A program made the position numbers and the translations under genes. A stretch of DNA of 64,000 nucleotides from an uncultured Parcubacteria group bacterium (GTDB taxonomy: Bacteria; Patescibacteriota; Patescibacteriia; UBA9934; CAMTUG01): contig CAMTUG010000001.1 in the NCBI GenBank assembly GCA_947084965.1, positions 276,206 through 340,205 of the forward strand, given 5' to 3'. Shown here piece by piece: positions 26,356-34,605 of the stretch (the first letter of the stretch is position 1; every line of letters starts with the position of its first letter). The notes under the pieces were generated by a model. It searched no databases. It was not told where the DNA came from and saw only the letters and a program-made list of their open reading frames with translations.

Positions 26356-27252
26356 TCAGTTTCGATTGAGGCCGTCAACTGTTTTGACAGCAAAGTCAAC
26401 GATCGCGCCAGCGACATCGACGCCCGATGCGCGTTCTAATTCTTCAAATCCTGGATTGGCGTTGACTTCGATCACCAGCGGTCCTCGTTTTGAGCGAAGG
26501 ATATCGACGCCGGCGATTTCAAGGCTGAACGCTTTTGCCGCCTCGATCGCCATGCGCATCTCTTCTTCTGTCAGTTCAACCGCTGTGCCAACTCCACCAA
26601 GCGACGCGTTGGCACGAACGTCACCGATGATTGCGGTGCGTTCCATCGCTGCAATCACTTGGTCACCAACAACAAAGGCGCGCAGATCTTTGCGACCCGC
26701 TTCGGCGATAAACTCCTCAACGATGATCGGGTTTTTGTCACGAATATGTAAATATTCAACGATCGGGGAGAGCGTTTCCACGTTCTCGGCGTAAAAAATC
26801 CCTTTGCCGTGGGTACCGAAGGCAACTTTTAAAATGATCGGATAGCCGATTTTGGCCGCCTCCGCTCGGGCATGATCCGAGGTGCGGCAGATCGCCCAGC
26901 GCGGCATGGCCACGCCAGCACGCGAGAGAATGAAATGTTGCGCCAGCTTATTTTTGGCGATCCCTCCGAGCGGGGAGTGGTTGATCACGCGAAAACCAAG
27001 AGCAACGAGCGCGTCCGTCGTAACGGCGTGCAAGCTCGGCTCTTCGACGAACCCTGGTCGGTTAATAATCACATCGAGCTTCGGTAACTCAGCTCCCATG
27101 TGCGTGACGATGCCTCCGGCGATGACGATCTCCGGCTCATGGAGCATCGTCACCTCGTGTCCCATCGCTCGTGCGGCCTGAATCAACCGCGGTGCGAGCG
27201 CTGGGTCGTCGATCTGTTTTGGGCGGCCGCTGGTTAAGATTCCAATGTGCAT
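26356..27252 (-). CDS. RimK-family ATP-grasp ligase (alpha-L-glutamate ligase-like)
   Basis: ATP-grasp motifs (GYPIILKVAFGTHGKGIFY, EEFI...GRKDLRAFVVGDQVIAAMER, GVDILRSKRGPLVIEVNANPGF). Confidence 0.75.
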   Translation of the reverse strand: MHIGILTSGRPKQIDDPALAPRLIQAARAMGHEVTMLHEPEIVIAGGIVTHMGAELPKLDVIINRPGFVEEPSLHAVTTDALVALGFRVINHSPLGGIAKNKLAQHFILSRAGVAMPRWAICRTSDHARAEAAKIGYPIILKVAFGTHGKGIFYAENVETLSPIVEYLHIRDKNPIIVEEFIAEAGRKDLRAFVVGDQVIAAMERTAIIGDVRANASLGGVGTAVELTEEEMRMAIEAAKAFSLEIAGVDILRSKRGPLVIEVNANPGFEELERASGVDVAGAIVDFAVKTVDGLNRN

Positions 27253-27257
27253 AATGT

Positions 27258-27379
27258 GGATCTTTAGAAAACTGCGTCTTTTCGTTTCACGGGTCCCGTC
27301 GACCCACTCAACGTAGAATCCCTACGTCTCGCGGGCTCGACACCCGTTCAACGAAAATACATCAGTTTTCTAAAGATCC
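27258..27379. repeat. 122-nt imperfect palindromic long-hairpin element, family copy E2
   Basis: Perfect 17-bp terminal inverted repeats ggatctttagaaaactg / cagttttctaaagatcc. Apical hairpin acgtag-aatcc-ctacgt. Inner motif ccgtcgacccactcaacgta is similar to E1 ccccgacgactcctcaacgta. Confidence 0.7.
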
Positions 27380-28324
27380 AAGAGCTAGTTCGAGATCTTC
27401 GATCGTCGAGATCGCGTGGAGTTTTTCGCGCATCATTTTGGCTCCGGGCAGGCCTTTGAAGTACCACATCAAATGCTTCCGGAAAGAGACGATCCCTTTG
27501 GGGCCGTACTGTTCAACGTGAAGTTCTGCATGACGGCGGATGACGCGCAGGCGTTCTTCAAAGCTCACTGGTGTTGGTGTTTTCCCATTCAATATTTCGT
27601 GCATCTGCGAAAAGATCCACGGATTGCCGAGCGCTCCGCGGGCGATCAGTACGCCGTCGCAGCCGGACGCTCTGAGCGCTTCGGGCATCAACTCGGCTTT
27701 ATGAATGTCACCGTTACACAATACAGGAATCGACACGGCAGACTTTACCTTACCAACCTGCACCCAATCAGCGGTACCAGAATAGCCTTGCATTTTCGTG
27801 CGTCCATGAACGGTGATCAGATCAGCTCCGGCCGCTTCAAGCACCTTAGCAAACTCCACGCACTGTTCAGGGTCGTTCCATCCAAGACGGATTTTGACTG
27901 AAAGTGGAACGTTGATCACCGCCTTCATCGCTTTTATAATCTCGCCGGCTAACTTTGGTTCTTTCATCAGCGCCGCGCCATTAAAGTTGTGGACGATTTT
28001 ATACACCGGGCATCCCATGTTGATGTCGAACCCTTCCGGGTTATGCTCAGCCGCGATGATCCGTGCCGACTCGGCCATCGTGGCCGGGTCGCTTCCAAAG
28101 ATCTGCTGCACCAAAGGCCGTTCCGCTGGGTGAATCTCGGTCATCCCGAGCGTTTTGTCCGATCCGCGTACCACCGCTTCGGCCGAAACCATCTCACGAA
28201 ATTCAACCAAGTTCACTTCCGGAGGAGTGACTTCGCGCACCACGCGACAAAAGGCCGAGTCGGTCATGTCGGCCATCGGCGAAAGCGCAATGATCGGGCG
28301 TGGGAGAGATTTCCAATCGAGCAT
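27362..28324 (-). CDS. tRNA-dihydrouridine synthase (DusB-like)
   Basis: ALSPMADMTDSAFCRV, TIM-barrel FMN motifs, catalytic-Cys region NMGCPV. Confidence 0.8.
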   Translation of the reverse strand: MLDWKSLPRPIIALSPMADMTDSAFCRVVREVTPPEVNLVEFREMVSAEAVVRGSDKTLGMTEIHPAERPLVQQIFGSDPATMAESARIIAAEHNPEGFDINMGCPVYKIVHNFNGAALMKEPKLAGEIIKAMKAVINVPLSVKIRLGWNDPEQCVEFAKVLEAAGADLITVHGRTKMQGYSGTADWVQVGKVKSAVSIPVLCNGDIHKAELMPEALRASGCDGVLIARGALGNPWIFSQMHEILNGKTPTPVSFEERLRVIRRHAELHVEQYGPKGIVSFRKHLMWYFKGLPGAKMMREKLHAISTIEDLELALGSLEN

Positions 28325-28405
28325 AGCAAGGCAGGATGATACATCCACAGGACGCGTCAGTCAATTCTGTGCTATACTTTTAGCAATTAATCTAACGTCA
28401 TTTTT

Positions 28406-29245
28406 ATGCGTACGCGAGGCATGACAAACGGCGGCAACGGGGGATGCCCCGAATGCCCCGAGCATAAATCATTTTGGCCGAGCTGGCACGGCAACACGCC
28501 GTTCGCCCTCGTCCTTCTTCTGATCGGTGCGTTCACCGTCGTTTACTTGATGGCACGCATCACTCAGATTCAGACCGAAACAAAAGAGATCGGTAAGCCG
28601 ATGCCGTATGAACATCAGATTACCGTTGATGGTCAGGGTCGCGTTGTTGGTACGCCAGACGTGGCAACGGTGAGCATGTCGGTGGAAACAAAGGGTGATG
28701 ACGTGGCGGCTACACAAACGCAGAACTCAGCAACGATGACGGCATTGATCGAAAAGATCAAAGCGCTCGGCGTCGCCGCGGCGGACGTGCAGACCAGTTC
28801 CTACAGTGTCTACGAAAACACAGTTTGGAACGCGGAGACACAGACGTATGATGCAAACGGTTGGGTCGTCAGTCAGTCGCTGACCGTCAAGGTACGCGAC
28901 ACGGCCAAGATCGCTTCGGTTCTTGAAACAGCTGGTCAGAACGGCGCGACGAACATCTACGGTCCGAATTTCGAGATCGATGACACCACAGCGTTGAAGA
29001 ATGAGGCCCGCGAGGAAGCGATGCAAAAAGCGCAGGAGAAGGCGATGATGCTTGCAAGCAAACTCGGTGTCCGCTTGGAAAAAGTGGTTGGCTACAGTGA
29101 ATGGGAAGACATGGGACCTTATCCGTACTACGATGGTTACATGGTGGGAGAATCGAGCGCGTCATTGAAAGCCGCTCCAGCGATCGAAGCCGGTTCGCAG
29201 GAGGTGACGCTGAACGTTTCGATCACCTACAAGTTGGTGGACTAG
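28406..29245 (+). CDS. SIMPL/DUF541 (BP26/OMP28-like) periplasmic protein
   Basis: N-terminal TM, then SIMPL-like YSVYENTVWNAETQTYDANGWVVSQSLTVKVRD... Confidence 0.6.
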   Translation: MRTRGMTNGGNGGCPECPEHKSFWPSWHGNTPFALVLLLIGAFTVVYLMARITQIQTETKEIGKPMPYEHQITVDGQGRVVGTPDVATVSMSVETKGDDVAATQTQNSATMTALIEKIKALGVAAADVQTSSYSVYENTVWNAETQTYDANGWVVSQSLTVKVRDTAKIASVLETAGQNGATNIYGPNFEIDDTTALKNEAREEAMQKAQEKAMMLASKLGVRLEKVVGYSEWEDMGPYPYYDGYMVGESSASLKAAPAIEAGSQEVTLNVSITYKLVD

Positions 29246-29456
29246 CGAACAGGATTCAATAAGGCGGGGCACATTTGATGTCGCTCCGTCTTTTGATTTT
29301 GTATCTCGCGCATGTCTGAGTGTCTCAAAGTACTCGCATTCAAAATTTTTGAGCACGAAAAGTAGTCAAAAAGTTTGAAATCAACAATTTTTAAAGTCCA
29401 CATTTCCTTGCACTACACACAACGATCGACTACCCTATGAGTAATTAATTATCACT

Positions 29457-30290
29457 ATGAAAAATATTGGCTTGTGGATCGTGCTTGTCCTCGCTGTGGT
29501 TCTTGGTGCCTGGGTGTGGATGGAAACGTCGGACACCACGGAGGATCAGGAGGTCCAGGAAATGGTGTTGAATGAAACCGAGGACAGGGTCGAAGATGAG
29601 GAAGACGTGGCACCACAGGAGGCTGTCTGTACGCCATCGGATGCTAAGGTGGTCGTTGTGTCGAATGATGACATGACCTCACACACGGTGATGGTAAACG
29701 GAACGGCGGTTGGCACGCTTAGGGCGAGTGACAACGAATGGACAGAGTCCGCGGCCGAAGTTTGGCGCCAGACAGATTGCTACACGTTCATTGACTTCTC
29801 CCCAACCGGTCTCGGTGGCGCCATTTATTATGGCGGGCCATTCCGTCTGTACGTCGTAGATAAAGCCGAAGGAACGATGCGTTCTATTCCGACCGAAGGA
29901 TTCGTTGCCGACATTTCTCCAGACGGGCAGTGGGTGGCGGCGCGGGCGGAGTTCGACGGAAAGCAGTCTGTTGTTGGTGTGCAAATCGTCGGGACGGCTG
30001 CCGGGAGCGTCGCTCAACTGATCGCTCCGCCGGATGATTCCGGATTCGATGACGGGATCAGTGCGAAGTTTTCTCCGGACGGGACGAAACTTGCATATAC
30101 GGTAGCCGCACGCTGGAGTTGTGTTGAAGGAGATGGTGTTGATGTCTGTGATGTGGGTGCCTATATCATTGATTTAGACACCGGTTTGCAGACGGAATTA
30201 GAGATCAGTTCAACGATTCGAGATGGCTATCCTGTTTACGTCAGTGGTTGGAGTGATAACAACACCCCAATGATCACAGACGAGATGTAA
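29457..30290 (+). CDS. Secreted protein with TolB/PD40-like beta-propeller repeats
   Basis: Signal/TM, then ISPDGQWVA and FSPDGTKLAY repeats. Confidence 0.5.
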   Translation: MKNIGLWIVLVLAVVLGAWVWMETSDTTEDQEVQEMVLNETEDRVEDEEDVAPQEAVCTPSDAKVVVVSNDDMTSHTVMVNGTAVGTLRASDNEWTESAAEVWRQTDCYTFIDFSPTGLGGAIYYGGPFRLYVVDKAEGTMRSIPTEGFVADISPDGQWVAARAEFDGKQSVVGVQIVGTAAGSVAQLIAPPDDSGFDDGISAKFSPDGTKLAYTVAARWSCVEGDGVDVCDVGAYIIDLDTGLQTELEISSTIRDGYPVYVSGWSDNNTPMITDEM

Positions 30291-30307
30291 GATTTTGAAA
30301 TGCCGAA

Positions 30308-30333
30308 CCCCACCTGCGTTCCAGGTGGGGTTT
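30308..30333. terminator. Bidirectional terminator hairpin
   Basis: ccccacctg-cgttc-caggtgggg followed by ttt. Confidence 0.6.
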
Positions 30334-30348
30334 CGTGCGTCAGGTCGG

Positions 30349-30726
30349 CTAGCGTGCGACGACCACGTAGATGCCGTCGCGGTACTGACCGAGGAGGTAG
30401 AAGATCAGACCCTCGACCGTGATCCGCAGCGGGCGCAAGTGCGGCTCGAGCGGGACCGTGCCAAGGAGCATCCTTTCGACCGTGGCGGTGGTGCCGCCCA
30501 GCCGCAGGATGTGCACGGCGCTGATGGCGGGGTGGACCTGGGCCTGCAGCGTCCGGATGATCGCTGTGATGATCGGGTTGGGCGTGCCAGGCTTCGTGCC
30601 GGCCAGCTCGCCAGACGCGAGCTCCTCGCGCCGGATCGCGAGGGTGACCATGATCGGTCGGATGCGCAGCTCGGCCTCGGGCCCGAGCGTGGTACGAAGG
30701 TGGTTGCGCAGTCGGGCGGTGTCCAT
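30349..30726 (-). CDS. Hypothetical 125-aa protein, extreme GC3 (cassette gene)
   Basis: GGAG SD 9 nt upstream; putative promoter TTGACG-17-TATGAT. About 93% G/C at third positions but ~45% at second positions. Overlapping antisense ORFs were rejected. Confidence 0.6.
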   Translation of the reverse strand: MDTARLRNHLRTTLGPEAELRIRPIMVTLAIRREELASGELAGTKPGTPNPIITAIIRTLQAQVHPAISAVHILRLGGTTATVERMLLGTVPLEPHLRPLRITVEGLIFYLLGQYRDGIYVVVAR

Positions 30727-30791
30727 GGCAGATCTCCGTTGGGGACCCTGGATCATATGCGTTTTTGACGTTCGCGTCAAGGATTGCTAGG

Positions 30792-31313
30792 ATGAAAACA
30801 TCAATTATGTCGAACACCTGTCTTTTTATCGGTCGCTTCCAGCCCTTTCATCGCGGGCATTTGATGGTCGTGCAAGGGATGCGCAAAGTGTGCGGGCGGA
30901 TTATTATCGGCGTTGGTTCGGTTCATGCGCCAGAATCGGCGGCAGATCCGTTTAATGTTCAGGAACGTCACGAAATGATCAGTGCTGCGTTGCTTGACGC
31001 GGACATCCCAGACGCCGACATTTACGATATTCCAGATATTGAACACGACCAGGAATGGGTCGATCATGTGGTGAAGATCACGGGCCCGATCGACACGGTT
31101 TGGACCGGAAATGATCAGGTGGAGAAGTTGTTTGTTGAGAAGGGGATCAACGTCCAAAAAATCAAAGAGGTGCCGGGAATTAGTTCCACCGAAATCCGCG
31201 CTCGGTTGCTGAACGGTGATGATTGGCGCGAACTCGTTCCAGACGGTGTGGCCAGTGTGTTATCGAAGATCGCAGCGATGGATCGCATGCGCACGTTAGC
31301 AAAGCGCGGCTAG
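30792..31313 (+). CDS. Archaeal-type nicotinamide-nucleotide adenylyltransferase / cytidylyltransferase-like (NadM-like)
   Basis: CLFIGRFQPFHRGHLMVVQ nucleotidyltransferase motif; AAGGA SD upstream of ATG 30792. Confidence 0.65.
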   Translation: MKTSIMSNTCLFIGRFQPFHRGHLMVVQGMRKVCGRIIIGVGSVHAPESAADPFNVQERHEMISAALLDADIPDADIYDIPDIEHDQEWVDHVVKITGPIDTVWTGNDQVEKLFVEKGINVQKIKEVPGISSTEIRARLLNGDDWRELVPDGVASVLSKIAAMDRMRTLAKRG

Positions 31314-31322
31314 CTCGCGTGT

Positions 31323-32132
31323 ATGAAGATCGTCTCGTTGAACTGTTTCATGGGGCACGTCTTCGAGTCCCTGTTAGATTTTTTAGTACGTGAGTCGGCA
31401 ACAACCGACGTTTTTTGTTTGCAGGAGATGCAGAGTAATCCGAAAGGGGACCTGTCCGTACTCCCAAGACACGGCCGGGCCGATATTCTAGAGCAGATTA
31501 AAAAACGATTGCCGGGATTCGTCTGTTATTTCGCTCCGGCGCAGGATGATTTTGATATAGAACCGGCCTATCGAGGACAGATGCAGCTTGGCAACGCGAC
31601 CTTTTATCGTCCGTCGCTTCCTGTGTCTGAAGCAGGGAGCTTTTTTATCTACAACGGATTCAATACGTACACCGGAGCAAAGCAGTGGGAAACGCTCGGG
31701 CACGTCGCCATCTCCCTTTCCATCGACGGACCAACACCGTTGACGATCGTCAATGTGCACGGTAATTCTCAGCCGGCAGACAAACTTGATTCGCCGAAGC
31801 GTTTGGAACAGTCACAAAAGATTATTGATTTCTTGGCAGAGCGAACGGGCGAAAAGATCGTCATGGGGGATTTTAATTTGCTCCCGGATACAGAGAGTGT
31901 GCGGGTGTTTGAACGCTCGGGATATCGCAACTTGGTGGCGGAATATAAGATTTCGACGACACGCGGTTCACATATGCGCAAGCTCTTCCCGGAGTATGAG
32001 CACGGGCCGTACGGGTTCCAGGAATTTGCAGATTATACGTTTGTTTCTCCAGGGATAAATGTGTCCAAATTTGAAGTTCCAGACGTTCCGATCTCCGATC
32101 ATCTTCCGATGATCCTAGAGATTGATGGTTGA
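31323..32132 (+). CDS. Endonuclease/exonuclease/phosphatase (EEP) family protein
   Basis: VSLNCF...CLQEM N-terminus, SDHLP C-terminal motif. Confidence 0.6.
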   Translation: MKIVSLNCFMGHVFESLLDFLVRESATTDVFCLQEMQSNPKGDLSVLPRHGRADILEQIKKRLPGFVCYFAPAQDDFDIEPAYRGQMQLGNATFYRPSLPVSEAGSFFIYNGFNTYTGAKQWETLGHVAISLSIDGPTPLTIVNVHGNSQPADKLDSPKRLEQSQKIIDFLAERTGEKIVMGDFNLLPDTESVRVFERSGYRNLVAEYKISTTRGSHMRKLFPEYEHGPYGFQEFADYTFVSPGINVSKFEVPDVPISDHLPMILEIDG

Positions 32133-32213
32133 CCCTGGTCTCTCTTTTTGTTACTGTGGCCTTACAATTTGCTTATGACCCCCTAGAGCGCACGCTCTCG
32201 GGGCATTTGCTGT

Positions 32214-34304
32214 ATGGAGTTTAAAATCCATTCGAAATACAAGCCGGCGGGGGATCAGCCAGTAGCGATTGCGCAATTGGTTGATGGGGTGAATAAAGGT
32301 CTCAACATGCAGACCTTGCTTGGTGTTACCGGTTCGGGGAAGACGTTTACGATGGCGAACGTGATTGAAAAGACGCAAAAACCAACGCTGATCATCGCGC
32401 ACAACAAAACGCTCGCCGCCCAGCTATGCAATGAGTTTCGCGAGTTTTTTCCGGAGAACGTCGTGGAATACTTTGTTTCGTACTACGACTACTACCAGCC
32501 GGAGGCGTACATGCCGCGGACGGACACATATATTGAGAAAGAAGCGATGATCAACGACGAGATCGATCGGCTGCGTCACGCCGCGTCCCAGGCGTTGTTG
32601 ACCCGGCGCGACGTGATCATCGTTGCCTCTGTTTCGTGTATTTACGGTTTGGGCTCGCCAGTAGAGTATGAACGCTCGGTGTTGCATTTAGTGTCCGCGA
32701 AAGAGGAAAGAGGTGAGAGGAAAGAGGAAGGACTCGGACGTGCCGAACTATTGCATCGTCTGATCGATATGCAGTTTGAGCGGACGAATGCAGATTTAAA
32801 GCGCGGAAGTTTCCGTGCTCGTGGGGAGGTGATTGAAATCATGCCGATGCAAGAGGAGGTCGTCTATCGATTGATTTTCGAAGGCGATGTTATTCGCGAG
32901 ATCTTTTTGCTTGATCCTGTGTCGCGAGCAGAAAAGAGCAAAACGCAAGATGTTTGGATCTTTCCTGCCAAGCATTATGTTGTTTCACCAAAACAGAAGT
33001 CCACGGCGTTAGCGCAAATTCGCGCCGAGTTAAAAGCTCAGCTGGAGAAGTTCGATAAAGAAGGCAAGGTGCTGGAAGCCGAACGTCTGTCGCGTCGCAC
33101 TCGTTATGACATCGAAATGATTGAACAGGTCGGCTACTGCAACGGGATCGAAAATTACTCGCGCCATTTTGATGGTCGTGCTCCGGGCGAACCACCGTTT
33201 ACGTTAATGGATTATTTCCCGGATGACTTTTTGACGATCATCGACGAATCACATGTGACGGTGTCACAAGTTGGTGGGATGTTTAACGGCGACCAGGCGC
33301 GCAAAAACATGCTGATCGAGCACGGATTTCGTTTGCCGTCGGCGCGCGATAACCGTCCGCTCAAGTTTGAAGAGTTTGAAGAGCGCTTGGGGCAGACGAT
33401 CTTTACCTCAGCAACACCTGGGGAATACGAAGGAGAGCATTCTGAACAGATCGTTGAGCAGATTATTCGTCCAACAGGGTTGGTTGATCCAGAAGTAGAC
33501 GTGCGACCGGTAACTGGGATCGGCGGGAAAAAGGGGCAGGTGGATGACTTGATCGGTGAAATCGAAGAGCGGGTCAAGCTCGGCGAGCGCACGTTGGTCA
33601 CCACACTCACCAAAAAGATGGCCGAAGATCTGACGACGTTTTTGATTGAGAGGAAGATCAAGGTGCAATATCTGCACTCAGACGTCGACACATTGGAGCG
33701 CATTACCGTTCTGACCGATCTACGCAAAGGGAAGTACGACGTGCTCGTTGGAGTCAACTTGTTGCGCGAAGGGCTCGACTTACCAGAAGTTACGCTGGTG
33801 GCGATTCTTGACGCGGATAAAGAAGGGTTCTTGCGTTCAGACACGTCGATCATTCAGACGATCGGGCGTGCGGCGCGCAACGTCAAAGGGAAAGTTATTC
33901 TGTACGCGGACGTGATGACCGGTTCGATGAAGCGAGCGATCAAAGAAACGGATCGTCGTCGTGTCAAACAATTGGCGTATAACAAGGAACACGGCATTAC
34001 GCCGAAGAGCGTTGAAAAGGGGATCAAAGATATTCGCGCCATGCTCGGGGTCAGCGAGGAGGTTGATATCAAGTCCATTCTCAAACTGGAATTGACTGTA
34101 GAGCCACATGAGATTGACGAGGTGATCAAGCAGAAGGGGATCGAGATGCGATTAGCGGCCCGCGATTTGGACTTTGAACTGGCGGCGCTTCTACGTGATG
34201 AGATCGAGCTCTTAAAAAACGAACAGAAACAAAAAAAACGCACGGGCGCGAAAGATAAGGAGACTGCCACCCCGAAGAAGTTTTCCTCGGGGGGCAGGGA
34301 GTGA
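32214..34304 (+). CDS. uvrB: Excinuclease ABC subunit B
   Basis: [15 protein letters not shown], helicase motifs, C-terminal UVR domain; a small lineage-specific insertion ([11 protein letters not shown]). Confidence 0.9.
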   Translation: MEFKIHSKYKPAGDQPVAIAQLVDGVNKGLNMQTLLGVTGSGKTFTMANVIEKTQKPTLIIAHNKTLAAQLCNEFREFFPENVVEYFVSYYDYYQPEAYMPRTDTYIEKEAMINDEIDRLRHAASQALLTRRDVIIVASVSCIYGLGSPVEYERSVLHLVSAKEERGERKEEGLGRAELLHRLIDMQFERTNADLKRGSFRARGEVIEIMPMQEEVVYRLIFEGDVIREIFLLDPVSRAEKSKTQDVWIFPAKHYVVSPKQKSTALAQIRAELKAQLEKFDKEGKVLEAERLSRRTRYDIEMIEQVGYCNGIENYSRHFDGRAPGEPPFTLMDYFPDDFLTIIDESHVTVSQVGGMFNGDQARKNMLIEHGFRLPSARDNRPLKFEEFEERLGQTIFTSATPGEYEGEHSEQIVEQIIRPTGLVDPEVDVRPVTGIGGKKGQVDDLIGEIEERVKLGERTLVTTLTKKMAEDLTTFLIERKIKVQYLHSDVDTLERITVLTDLRKGKYDVLVGVNLLREGLDLPEVTLVAILDADKEGFLRSDTSIIQTIGRAARNVKGKVILYADVMTGSMKRAIKETDRRRVKQLAYNKEHGITPKSVEKGIKDIRAMLGVSEEVDIKSILKLELTVEPHEIDEVIKQKGIEMRLAARDLDFELAALLRDEIELLKNEQKQKKRTGAKDKETATPKKFSSGGRE

Positions 34305-34501
34305 TGTAGTGAGTCGATCTTGCACTCAGTCAGACGCCTTCGGGGCCTGGAGTCAGTTCCAGATGACGGGCGGTGCCGGGACCTTGCGGCCGCTGCTCTG
34401 CTCGTTCGGACGATTCTTCCTCTTCGGCCACCAGTCGGGAAATCCGCCTGGACACTTGATCGGCTCCGCCGGAAGGTGGGAACTTGCGCCCCCGCCGCCG
34501 A

Positions 34502-34518
34502 CGTGAACGCTGTTCACG
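34502..34518. promoter_or_regulatory. Palindrome CGTGAAC-GCT-GTTCACG ~85 nt upstream of uvrA (candidate operator; LexA-like GAAC...GTTC half-sites with atypical 3-nt spacer)
   Basis: Seen directly; location between the SOS-type genes uvrB and uvrA. Confidence 0.3.
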
Positions 34519-34605
34519 GTACTCTCTCCTCACCCAACGGAAGGGTTGGGCTACACCTAATTACATCAAAAAAATTCATCTTCGAAAAATTGTTTGTGGA
34601 TAAGT

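Noticed and set aside
30295-30768. 157-aa + strand ORF, plus 30419-30790(+) and 30236-30817(-), overlapping the 30349-30726 cassette gene
   Set aside because: They have Asp/Arg-rich low-complexity translations and no SD. Only the chosen minus frame shows G/C at ~93% of third positions together with a moderate second-position GC.
34330-34533. 67-aa Arg-rich minus-strand ORF, and the 65-aa/98-aa plus-strand ORFs, in the uvrB-uvrA spacer
   Set aside because: There is no SD and no consistent GC3 signal, and the translations are low-complexity. The region is treated as non-coding.
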